Source of the DNA: Alphaproteobacteria bacterium
GTDB lineage: Bacteria > Pseudomonadota > Alphaproteobacteria > CALKHQ01
Assembly: GCA_965227515.1 (NCBI GenBank)
Contig: CBDDFZ010000001.1
Span: 64,001 to 128,000 of the forward strand
Length of the DNA: 64,000 nucleotides
Direction of reading: 5' to 3'
Shown here: positions 1 through 8,366 of the stretch, piece after piece
Position numbering within the stretch: the stretch's first letter is position 1
Layout of the letters: every line of letters begins with the position of its first letter
Program-made: the position numbers and the translations under genes
The notes under the pieces: generated by a model
Database searches by the model: none
What the model was told of the DNA's origin: nothing
The model's input: only the letters and a program-made list of their open reading frames with translations

Positions 1-562
1 CGTAGACGTTGGCCGGGCGGACGATGGAGATCTTGTCCCAGCCGTACTGGATCTCATAGGCCTGGGCCTGCAGCTCGCCCATCCGCTTGGCCCAGCCGGC
101 GAAGCGGTCGTTCGGCGACGGGAAGGTCTGCCAGACCGCGTCCTCGTGGAACACTTCGGCCGGCTCGTAGACGCCGATGGAACTGGTGAACAGATAGCGC
201 TCCACGCCCGCGCGGCGCGCCGCCTCCATCATGTTCACCGAGAAGGTGATGGTGGGCACGAAGAAGCTGGCCGGCTTGGTGGCGCACATTTTCGGCGAGC
301 CCTTCACGCCGACCAGGTTGAACACGATCTCCTGGCCCCGGCAGGCAGCCTCGCAGGCGGCGGGGTCGCGCAGGTCGGCGCGCACGAAGGCGACACCGGC
401 GGGTGCGGTCGCCGGGTCGTCCAGCGAGACCACGGTGACCAGCGCGCCGGAGGCGACCAGCAGGTCGACCAGCGGGCGGCCGATCAGCCCGGTGCCGCCG
501 GTGACCAGCACCTTGCGGCGGTTGAAGAAGGGTTCGATGGCGATGTTGTCGGACGCGGTCAT
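1..562 (-). CDS. NAD(P)-dependent sugar epimerase/reductase, GDP-fucose-synthase/ColC-like (runs off the window edge)
   Basis: Manual translation from ATG at 562: MTASDNIAIEPFFNRRKVLVTGGTGLIG...FTSSIGVY...AGWAKR...IVRPANVY; Rossmann GxxGxxG and SDR layout. Not in the ORF track because it is open at the edge. Confidence 0.8.
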   Translation of the reverse strand, partial: MTASDNIAIEPFFNRRKVLVTGGTGLIGRPLVDLLVASGALVTVVSLDDPATAPAGVAFVRADLRDPAACEAACRGQEIVFNLVGVKGSPKMCATKPASFFVPTITFSVNMMEAARRAGVERYLFTSSIGVYEPAEVFHEDAVWQTFPSPNDRFAGWAKRMGELQAQAYEIQYGWDKISIVRPANVY

Positions 563-590
563 GTTATCTCTCTGGGCTCATCTTTTGCTT

Positions 591-680
591 CGTCATGGTC
601 GGGCTTGTCCCGACTATCCACGTCTTGTTGGCTGCTCCGCAGCCATCTCGTGGATGCCCGCAACAAGTGCGGGCATGACG
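591..680. repeat. CGTC-tagged REP doublet (family B)
   Basis: cgtcatggtcgggcttgtcccgactatccacg ... cgtggatgcccgcaacaagtgcgggcatgacg; related copies at 15656, 18623, 50088, 59014. Confidence 0.9.
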
Positions 681-700
681 CGATTCGTAAGGTTGGGCCG

Positions 701-1999
701 TCACGCAGCCTTGCGTTGGGTCGCGGCGAAGGCGTGCATGGTGTCGGCGACGTGGTTCAGCGCCGCTTCGCTCAGCCCCTGGTGGACGCCGATGGAAAAG
801 CCCCGGTCCATGACATGGCTGGCGGTGTCGAGCGGCCCGCTGATGCGGTGCGGCACCAGGTTCATCGCCGGCTGCTTGGCCAGGTTGCCGGCGATGATCG
901 GCCGGGTCTCGATGCCATGGCGGTTCAGATACGACGTGATCTCGGCGCGGTCGAACGGTGCCGCCGGGTCGATCACCAGGGTGAAGCCGAACCAGGAATG
1001 GGTGCCCCCCTCCGGCGTGGTCTGCGGCGTGAACCAGTCGGCGTAACCGGCGAACAGCTTGCGGTAGAAGGCGGCGTTCTCGCGGCGGTTGGCGACGAAG
1101 CCGTCCAGCTTCGGCACCTGCACCAGGCCGATGGCCGCCTGCGGCTCGGTCAGGCGCAGATTGTAGCCTTCGTTGACGAACAGGAACTTGGGGTCGATCT
1201 CCGGGTGCGCGCTTGTCCAGCGCTCCGGGTTCTCCACCTGCCGCACCCAGCCATGCGCGCGCAGGATGCGCATCAGCTCCGCCAGCTCATGGTCGCCGGT
1301 GACGCAGATGCCGCCTTCCAGCGTCGTCATGTGATGCGAGTAGTAGAAGCTGAAGCTCGCCACCCGGCCGAAGCTGCCGACCGGCCGCCCCAGGTAGCTC
1401 GCGCCCATGGACTCGCACCCGTCCTCGATCAGGATCAGGCCGTGGCGGTCGCAGATATCCTGCAGTGCTGCGTAGTCGCACGGGTTGCCATAGACCGGCA
1501 CCGCCATGATGGCGCGGGTGCGCGGCCCGATGGCGCGCTCCACCGCCTCCGGGTCCAGGTTCAGTGTGTCGAGGCCGCTGTCGACCAGCACCGGGGTCAG
1601 GCCGCACTGGGTGATCGGCCACAACGAGGTCGACCACGTCAGCGCCGGCAGGATCACCTCGTCGCCGGGGCGCAGGCCGTCCGCGCACATCGGGTTGGCC
1701 AGCGCCGCCAACATCAGCAGGTTGGCTGACGAGCCGGAATTGTTGCTGACACCGTGGGCGTAGCCGAAATGGTCGCAATAGGCGCGCTCGAAGCGCAGCA
1801 CCTGGTCGCCCATGGTGACCCGCGTGGTCAGCATCTGGCGGGTGGCGGCCGCGATCTCCTCCGGGCCGAAGGTCGGCTCGTGCAGGCGCACCACCGGGTT
1901 GGCCGGGTCGAAGCCGGCATCGGCGTTGGCCGCCCACCAGTCGGCAATTGCGGCGTCGACGCCGGAGAATGAATCGGTCTGGTTCATCGAAGTGTCCAT
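701..1999 (-). CDS. PLP-dependent NDP-4-keto-6-deoxyhexose 3-dehydratase, ColD-like (DegT/DnrJ/EryC1/StrS fold)
   Basis: NSGSSANLL, EDGCES and SFSFYYSHHMTTLEGG with His at the usual Schiff-base Lys position; start could be 1999 or 1987. Confidence 0.8.
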   Translation of the reverse strand: MDTSMNQTDSFSGVDAAIADWWAANADAGFDPANPVVRLHEPTFGPEEIAAATRQMLTTRVTMGDQVLRFERAYCDHFGYAHGVSNNSGSSANLLMLAALANPMCADGLRPGDEVILPALTWSTSLWPITQCGLTPVLVDSGLDTLNLDPEAVERAIGPRTRAIMAVPVYGNPCDYAALQDICDRHGLILIEDGCESMGASYLGRPVGSFGRVASFSFYYSHHMTTLEGGICVTGDHELAELMRILRAHGWVRQVENPERWTSAHPEIDPKFLFVNEGYNLRLTEPQAAIGLVQVPKLDGFVANRRENAAFYRKLFAGYADWFTPQTTPEGGTHSWFGFTLVIDPAAPFDRAEITSYLNRHGIETRPIIAGNLAKQPAMNLVPHRISGPLDTASHVMDRGFSIGVHQGLSEAALNHVADTMHAFAATQRKAA

Positions 2000-2019
2000 G
2001 GAATGCTCGGATGGATCGG

Positions 2020-2982
2020 TCAGGCGGCGGCGCGGCCGACATTGGCGCGCCACCAGTCGATGGTGCGGCCGATGCCCTCGTCGAGCGCGATCCTCGGCTG
2101 CCAGCCGAGTTCGTCGCGCGCGCGGGTGCAGTCCAGCACCAGGTTGAAGGGGATGGTCGGCCGGCTGAGATTGTGCTCCAGGCTGAGGTCGCGGCCCGAC
2201 GCGGCAACGATGCGCTCGGCCAGTTCGCGTACCGACACGGCCTCACCGGCACCGACGTTGAACAGGTCGAACGGTGCGGTCTGGCGTTCCAGCGCCGCCT
2301 CCACGCAGTCCATCAGGTCGTCGGCGTGCAACAGGTCGCGCTTTTCCTCGCCGGTGCCCCAGATTTCCAGCCGGTCGTCGGCCTGCATGGTCTTGGTGAC
2401 GGTGGCGCCGAACACGTGGCTGCGCTCCAGGTCGTACTTGTCGTACGGCCCGTAGATGTTGGAATGGCGCAGCACGGTGTGACGCGTACGGCCCAGGCCG
2501 GCGAAAAACCGGCAGATATTCTCGACGTACACCTTGGTCCAGCCGACGCCGTAGTACTTGTCGGTGATCTCGCCGCTGAAGTCGGCTTCGGTCTGCGGCC
2601 GGTCCGACGACGGGTACATGACGGTGCAGGAGAAGAACAGGAACTGGCCGACCCCGTGATCGTAGGCGGCGCGCAGCAGTACGGAGTTCATCACCGCGTT
2701 GTCGGTGACGTGCAGGTAGGGCCGGGTGGTGATGTCCTTGGCGCCGCTGGTTGTCGCGGCGGCCTGGATGATGACATCGGCGCCTGCCACGATGCGGTCG
2801 ACATCGGCGGCATTGCGCAGGTCGGCCTGCACCCAACTGACGCCCCCATTGACCCCGAGATGATCGTAGGGCGGGCGCTGGTGATGGACCGCCACCACCT
2901 CGCAATCGCCGCGCGCGGCAATGCGTTCGACAAGGTTGCGGCCGATGAAGCCGGTCGCACCGCAGATCAGGACTCGTTTCAC
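2020..2982 (-). CDS. NAD-dependent epimerase/dehydratase (GDP-fucose-synthase-like SDR)
   Basis: GATGFIG, SNIYGPYD, IWGTGEEKRDLLH. Confidence 0.85.
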   Translation of the reverse strand: MKRVLICGATGFIGRNLVERIAARGDCEVVAVHHQRPPYDHLGVNGGVSWVQADLRNAADVDRIVAGADVIIQAAATTSGAKDITTRPYLHVTDNAVMNSVLLRAAYDHGVGQFLFFSCTVMYPSSDRPQTEADFSGEITDKYYGVGWTKVYVENICRFFAGLGRTRHTVLRHSNIYGPYDKYDLERSHVFGATVTKTMQADDRLEIWGTGEEKRDLLHADDLMDCVEAALERQTAPFDLFNVGAGEAVSVRELAERIVAASGRDLSLEHNLSRPTIPFNLVLDCTRARDELGWQPRIALDEGIGRTIDWWRANVGRAAA

Positions 2983-2983
2983 T

Positions 2984-3976
2984 CTAACCTACCAGACGTT
3001 CTTCTGAGATGGCGTCGCGCATGTGGGTGAGCAGGCCGGCAAGCCCCCGGTCCAGCGAGACTTCGGGCCGGAAACCAAGCTCGGCCTCCGCCCATTCGGT
3101 CGCCAGCCGCGGCGGCGGCGTGTCGGGAAACAGGCGGGCGACGGTCGCGTTCACCGGCGGATCGACCCAATGGTCCAGCGCGGCGAGCCGGTTCAGCACC
3201 TCGCGCATCGTCACCGTGCGGCCACTGGCAATGTTGTAGGCGGCGAATCCGCGCCCACCGCGCGTCATCGCCAGGCAGGCGGCGCGCGCCACGTCGTCGG
3301 CGTGGATCAAGTCGCACGCCTGGCCGCCGTCACCGCGCAGGTCGACCGGTGCGATGCGATGCGCCACCTGGTGGGCCAGCGCGAACACGGTGTGGGCGCG
3401 GTCCGGGTTGGCCACCGTACGCGGTCCGTAGATCAGCGACGGGCGCAACGCCACGATATCCATCCGCGGCTCCACGTGCTCGGCATAGGCGCGGGCCTGC
3501 GCCTCCAGCGCGCGATGGGCCCAGCCGATCGCAAACCGGCGTGGGGGCGGGTCGCCCTCCAGGAACACGGCTTCGTCCAGCACCTCGCGGTCGCCGGGAT
3601 ACCCCGTCGTGCTGGAGAACCAGACCAACCGCTTCACCCTGGCGCGCCATGCCGCCTCCAGCACGTTGCCGGTGACATTCAGGTTGCGCCGCATCGGGGC
3701 GATGGGGTTCTCCGCCATGGCGGCGGCCGGCGCGACGACGCCGGCGGCATGCACGACGTAGTCGTGGCCGGACATGGCGGCGGCACACTGGTCGAGTGCA
3801 GCCAGATTTGCGTGCTGCCATTGCCAGCGCGGATCGCTGTCGTGGGGCGGGGTCAGGTGGAACAGCGCGGTGATCGGCCCGACGCCCGCTTCGGCAAGCC
3901 GGGCCAGCACGTGGCGGCCCACCAGCCCGGTCGCGCCGGTGACCAGATAGCGGCCCTTCGGCAGGTCAGGTTGCAT
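2984..3976 (-). CDS. NAD-dependent epimerase/reductase (SDR)
   Basis: True start MQPDLPKGRYLVTGATGLVG at 3976, abutting the upstream stop; RPSLIYGP. The longer ORF call overlaps the E1-beta gene. Confidence 0.8.
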   Translation of the reverse strand: MQPDLPKGRYLVTGATGLVGRHVLARLAEAGVGPITALFHLTPPHDSDPRWQWQHANLAALDQCAAAMSGHDYVVHAAGVVAPAAAMAENPIAPMRRNLNVTGNVLEAAWRARVKRLVWFSSTTGYPGDREVLDEAVFLEGDPPPRRFAIGWAHRALEAQARAYAEHVEPRMDIVALRPSLIYGPRTVANPDRAHTVFALAHQVAHRIAPVDLRGDGGQACDLIHADDVARAACLAMTRGGRGFAAYNIASGRTVTMREVLNRLAALDHWVDPPVNATVARLFPDTPPPRLATEWAEAELGFRPEVSLDRGLAGLLTHMRDAISEERLVG

Positions 3977-5109
3977 CAGAACGGTCCCTTGAACGCGCGA
4001 TAGGCTTCGGTGCTGGATTGCGTGGAGGGCAATGGGATGCCGCGGCCCTGCGCGCCGACCAGATCGATGACCGCCGCGCACATATCCCTGAGATCGGGGT
4101 AGAAGGCGTCTTCCAGCGTCTTGGCGGTCGGGCACGGGCTGGGTGCCATGCCCATGCCGGCCACCGGCGCGCGCAGGGCCGCCGGATCGTTCTGGGCGAT
4201 CAGCCGGCAGATTTCGGCATTGACGCCATAGCCCTGCCAGCTGGTGTCGGCGACCAGCAGGCGGCCGGTCTTGCGCACGCTGGCCAGCACCGTGTCGGCA
4301 TCGATGTGGGAGACGCAGTTGAGGTCGATGACCTCGCAGTCGATGCCGTGGCCGGCCAGATGGGCGGCGGCGCGGCGCGCCTCCAGCACCATCAGCGAGG
4401 TGGCAACGATGGTGACGTCGCGGCCCGCGCGCTCGACATGGGCGCGCATCGGCAGGCGCGGGGTCTCGTCGGCGCCGTCCATCTCGAACGACAGGTCGTA
4501 GAGCAGCCGGTGCTCCAGCACCACCACCGGGCCACGGTTGTGCGCGATGGCGTGGGCGTAGTCGACGGCGATCGCCTGGGGGCTTGCCGGCATCAGGACC
4601 GTCAGGCCCGGAATGTGCGCGAACAGCGATTGCAGCGACTGGCTGTGCTGGGCGCCCTGCCCCCAACTGCGGCCGATGATCATCCTCACCATCATCGGCA
4701 CCTCGAACAGCCCACCGAACATGTAACGGTACTTGGCGGCGAGGTTGATGAGCTGGTTGGCGGCGAGCAGGCCGAAATCGGCCCGGATGTGGGTATTGAT
4801 CGGGTAGAGGCCGTTCAGCGCGGCCCCGATGCAGATGCCGGTGACCGCGTCCTCCGACAGCGGGGTCTCGATCACCCGATGGGCGCCATGGGCTTCCGCC
4901 AGCCCGGCCGTGGTGCCGAAGATGCCGTCGCTGACGCCCTGGCCCAGGATCAGCGTGTGATCATGGTCGGCCATCGCCGCGCGCATGGCATCGGCCAGTG
5001 CCTCGCGATAGGTGGCCTGCGGCGCCGGGATCGGAGCGGTAGCCGGCACCTCGAAATCGGCCTCAAGTCCCGGCTCAAGCCCGGGTTCAAGCAAAGCGGC
5101 GTTCGACAT
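3976..5109 (-). CDS. TPP-dependent 2-oxoacid dehydrogenase E1 beta-like / transketolase C-terminal subunit
   Basis: ETPLSEDA, QLINLAAKYRYMFGG, GAQHSQS, EVIDL. Confidence 0.9.
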   Translation of the reverse strand: MSNAALLEPGLEPGLEADFEVPATAPIPAPQATYREALADAMRAAMADHDHTLILGQGVSDGIFGTTAGLAEAHGAHRVIETPLSEDAVTGICIGAALNGLYPINTHIRADFGLLAANQLINLAAKYRYMFGGLFEVPMMVRMIIGRSWGQGAQHSQSLQSLFAHIPGLTVLMPASPQAIAVDYAHAIAHNRGPVVVLEHRLLYDLSFEMDGADETPRLPMRAHVERAGRDVTIVATSLMVLEARRAAAHLAGHGIDCEVIDLNCVSHIDADTVLASVRKTGRLLVADTSWQGYGVNAEICRLIAQNDPAALRAPVAGMGMAPSPCPTAKTLEDAFYPDLRDMCAAVIDLVGAQGRGIPLPSTQSSTEAYRAFKGPF

Positions 5110-6103
5110 CGCTCAGTACCTCTTCGGTCCCGGGGAACGCGCCTGTTTCGGCGAACGCCACCGCATCGTCGATCTCGCGGGCGATCTTGACGCGCGCGGC
5201 GTCGAGCCACGGCTCGTTGCAGGTGACCAGCGGATCGCGCGCCTGCCATTCGGCCAGTTCCCGCGCGTCGCGGTGGCCCCTGGCGAACTCATCGCCGGGG
5301 CCGACATGCTCGCGCACCCGCAGCATCGGGATCTCGACGAAACGCGGCAGCCGGTCGGCACGCATGGCGGCCACCACCGGCGCCAGCTCGGCATGAACCG
5401 CCGCCGGATCGTCGCCATTCGACAGCTTCAATGCCGGAATGCCGTAGACCGCGGCATGCGCCGTCGGCTCATAGGCCTGGCGGCCGGCGCGGCGGATGTT
5501 GATGGCAAGCTCGTTGTTCTCACAGACGAACAGCACCGGCAGCTTCTGGACGGCGGCGAAGTTCAGGCTCTCGTGATAGACGCCTTCCTCGGTCGCGCCG
5601 TCGCCGAACACGCAAACGGTGATAGCGTCACTGGCGCCGCCGGGCCAGGTGGCCCGCATCGCCGCACCCACCGCATGAGGGATGGTGCTGGCCACGATGG
5701 CCGACGAGCCCATCAGGCCGACATCGGGAGCGGCCAGGTGCATGGAGCCGGCCTTGCCCTTGGCAAAGCCGTTGGCGCGGCCGAACAGCTCGGCCATCAT
5801 GGCGCGCATGTCGCCGCCCTTGGCCAGATAGTGGGCGTGGCCGCGATAGGTGGAGAACAGCAGGTCGTCGGGCCGCAGGTGGGCGCACAGGCCCACAGCC
5901 GCCGCCTCCTGCCCGATCGACAGGTGCACCGGGCTCTGGATGCGGTCGCTGGGGTAGATCTCGGCGATCCGCTCCTCGACCATGCGGATGCGCAGCATGG
6001 ACGTCAGCAGCGCGCGCCGGTCGGGCGCGTCCGAAATCCGCTCGGGCTCGAGCTTGTTGTCTGGGGCGGCCAGATTGGCCAGGGCAGCCATTGCGGGCAC
6101 CAA
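5087..6103 (-). CDS. TPP-dependent 2-oxoacid dehydrogenase E1 alpha-like subunit
   Basis: HLSIGQEA, TYRGH, GSMH, TPP motif GDGATEEG...ENN; GGAGGAGG SD 5 nt before the TTG start. Confidence 0.9.
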   Translation of the reverse strand: MVPAMAALANLAAPDNKLEPERISDAPDRRALLTSMLRIRMVEERIAEIYPSDRIQSPVHLSIGQEAAAVGLCAHLRPDDLLFSTYRGHAHYLAKGGDMRAMMAELFGRANGFAKGKAGSMHLAAPDVGLMGSSAIVASTIPHAVGAAMRATWPGGASDAITVCVFGDGATEEGVYHESLNFAAVQKLPVLFVCENNELAINIRRAGRQAYEPTAHAAVYGIPALKLSNGDDPAAVHAELAPVVAAMRADRLPRFVEIPMLRVREHVGPGDEFARGHRDARELAEWQARDPLVTCNEPWLDAARVKIAREIDDAVAFAETGAFPGTEEVLSDVERRFA

Positions 6104-6162
6104 TCCGCCCTCCTCCGCGTTTGCCGTATGGGTTACGGGCGCGGACTATGGAGCGGTTATGC

Positions 6163-6177
6163 TTAAGCGCGAGTTAA
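6163..6177. promoter_or_regulatory. CtrA-type box TTAA-N7-TTAA upstream of the sugar operon
   Basis: ttaa gcgcgag ttaa in a high-GC context, 60 nt upstream of the E1-alpha start. Confidence 0.5.
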
Positions 6178-6245
6178 GCGCTAGCCGTTGAGCCCCGATC
6201 ATGAAATATGCTTGACGTACCGCGTACAGGCGACCACCTTCAGTC

Positions 6246-6530
6246 ATGATCCTGAGCTACCGAAGCAGGAAGACCGCCCGCTTTGCGAATGGGGAAAGGG
6301 TTCCGCAGTTCGAGCCCTTCCGGCGTCAGGCCGAAAAGCGTTTGCGCATACTGGATGCCGCAACCTCAATTCAGGATTTGATGCAATTGCGCGGCAACCG
6401 GCTGGAGAGATTGCGCGGCGACCGGGCGGGGCAATACTCGATCAGGATCAACGACCAGTGGCGCATTTGCTTTGAGTGGTCGGACGACTTGAGCGGCCCA
6501 CAGAATGTCGAGATCGTGGACTATCATTGA
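6246..6530 (+). CDS. higB: HigB/RelE-family toxin
   Basis: NRLERLRGDRAGQYSIRINDQWRICF...VEIVDYH; toxin precedes antitoxin. Confidence 0.92.
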   Translation: MILSYRSRKTARFANGERVPQFEPFRRQAEKRLRILDAATSIQDLMQLRGNRLERLRGDRAGQYSIRINDQWRICFEWSDDLSGPQNVEIVDYH

Positions 6531-6558
6531 AACGCAAGCATTGAGAGGCGAATCACCG

Positions 6559-6858
6559 ATGGCGCGCACACCGATACATCCCGGTGAAATACTGGGCGAC
6601 GAACTGGATGAGCTCGGCATGAGCGCGGCGGAGATGGCGCGCATGATCCAGGTGCCCGCCAATCGGATCAGCCAGATCATCTCAGGCAGGCGAAATATCT
6701 CCGCCGACACCGCGCTGCGGCTGGGGCGCTATTTCGGCATGTCGGCCGAGTTCTGGATGAACCTGCAGCAGGCATATGAGCTGGACCTCGCGCGCGCCAC
6801 ATTGGGTGCCGAATTGGACCGGCTGCCGCAGCGCGAACCCAGCACCGCCACGCTCTAG
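6559..6858 (+). CDS. higA: HigA antitoxin (HTH-XRE)
   Basis: PIHPGEIL...ISADTALRLGRYFGMSAEFWMNLQ. Confidence 0.92.
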   Translation: MARTPIHPGEILGDELDELGMSAAEMARMIQVPANRISQIISGRRNISADTALRLGRYFGMSAEFWMNLQQAYELDLARATLGAELDRLPQREPSTATL

Positions 6859-6876
6859 AAATAGGGTTCCAGGCCG

Positions 6877-7209
6877 CTACTCGAACATCGCCAGGTTCAG
6901 CGGCGGCATACCGCCCATCCAGATCGCATGATCGCGGTGGTCTTCCAGGTCGTGGCCGGTGTTGGGGTGGACGAACACGATCAGCCCGTCGCGGTTGATC
7001 GCCAGCCAAGAGATCACCGCCTCGAACTGGCCGGCCGGCACGGTGAGCTGGCAGCTCCACATCGGGTGCGGGCCGACCGGGCGCTCGTGCATATGGCCCA
7101 TCGGGATGCCGAAAGTGTCGCGCACGGCCTCGCACACCTTGCGGGCGCGGTCGTAGGTGCCGGCGTCGTAATAGACATGGGCGTGGTAGTCGGCGATGTG
7201 AGGCATCAT
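6877..7209 (-). CDS. DOPA 4,5-dioxygenase family protein
   Basis: YHAHVYY, PVGPHP, VHPNTG...DH..HAIWMG. Confidence 0.88.
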   Translation of the reverse strand: MMPHIADYHAHVYYDAGTYDRARKVCEAVRDTFGIPMGHMHERPVGPHPMWSCQLTVPAGQFEAVISWLAINRDGLIVFVHPNTGHDLEDHRDHAIWMGGMPPLNLAMFE

Positions 7210-7226
7210 CTCGTTCCGTCCTGAAA

Positions 7227-8351
7227 TCAGCCCGTATTGAATTCAGCGGGCAGTGCGACCTCCAGCAACTCGAAGTCCCCGGAGGCATCGGTCAGGGCAT
7301 GGCCTTCGCCCGCCGGCACCATGAAGGCGTCCGCCTTGCCTAGCGCGTGGTCGCCGTGGCCGTCTGTGCGCAGCGTCACCGAACCGCCGAGCACGAAGCC
7401 GAACAGCGCCGTCGCATCGTGTTGGCGGAAGTCGTGCGCGCCCTCCGCTCCGTCGGGCCGCGCCACCCAGGCGCCGGCGACACCGCCGGTTGCCACCCCG
7501 ATGCCGGTGTCGCGCACCTCGTAGCCCGGCAATCGCCATGGCTGCCACGACGCCTCCGCCGCCACGTGCCGCACGAAGCGCTGACCGCCAAACACCCGGT
7601 CGGGTGACACGCGCTCGGTTGGAAGCTGCATCTCATGGTCGACCGAGGTCATGTGCGCCGCCGGACACCCCACCTCCACCACTTCCAGGCCGGGGCTCGC
7701 CTCCAGCACCCGGTGGCGGATTTGCGGCGGCTGCAGCACGCAGTCGCCGGCCTCGAGCACGAAGGGCGATCCCTGGTCCTGGTAGACCAGCCGCACCCAG
7801 CCGGCGACGCAGAAGATCATCTGGAAGCGGATGGTGTGGAAATGGACGTAGTCGGGCACCGGACCGCCATCGGGAATGCGGATGTGCGACGCAATCAGGT
7901 AGCCGCCCTGCCGGTCCGGCACCAGGTCGCGGTACTGCATGCCGGCGCGCCCGGTGCCCCATTTGCTGCCACCGTCGAAGCGGGTGACGACGAAGGACGG
8001 CACCGCCGGCGGCACCACCAGCGGCGGGGTCGCGGGCGCGAACTCGATGCGGGTGCCGTTGGGCGCGGTCAGCGCCTCGGCGGTATCGCCATCCTGGCGG
8101 GCCAGCCGCAGCACGCCGGGCGCGCCGGCGCCATTCCGGATGAGGCAGAGGCGGAGGCCGTGGCCGGAGACCGTGGCCTCGGCCGGGTGGTCGGCGGGGA
8201 TGATGGTGTCGACCCGGAAGCCCAGCCGGTCGGTGAAGAACGCCAGCGTCTCGTCGAACGGCTCCGCCGGCAGCACCATCGCCGCTGCTTGGACACCGGC
8301 GTGTTTGGTTGCACCCGTTTCAACGTCCGATGATTGATGAGGTTGCGCCAT
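7227..8351 (-). CDS. VOC/glyoxalase-like N-terminus plus cupin domains
   Basis: FFTDRLGFR (VOC-like); HFH...FQMIFCVAGWV...GDCVLQPPQIRH (cupin); a second degenerate cupin at the C-terminus. Confidence 0.7.
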   Translation of the reverse strand: MAQPHQSSDVETGATKHAGVQAAAMVLPAEPFDETLAFFTDRLGFRVDTIIPADHPAEATVSGHGLRLCLIRNGAGAPGVLRLARQDGDTAEALTAPNGTRIEFAPATPPLVVPPAVPSFVVTRFDGGSKWGTGRAGMQYRDLVPDRQGGYLIASHIRIPDGGPVPDYVHFHTIRFQMIFCVAGWVRLVYQDQGSPFVLEAGDCVLQPPQIRHRVLEASPGLEVVEVGCPAAHMTSVDHEMQLPTERVSPDRVFGGQRFVRHVAAEASWQPWRLPGYEVRDTGIGVATGGVAGAWVARPDGAEGAHDFRQHDATALFGFVLGGSVTLRTDGHGDHALGKADAFMVPAGEGHALTDASGDFELLEVALPAEFNTG

Positions 8352-8366
8352 TTCCTAACTTTGTTC

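Noticed and set aside
3976-6103. Housekeeping pyruvate or acetoin dehydrogenase
   Set aside because: No lipoyl/E2/E3 gene nearby, and the pair is translationally coupled to nucleotide-sugar enzymes.
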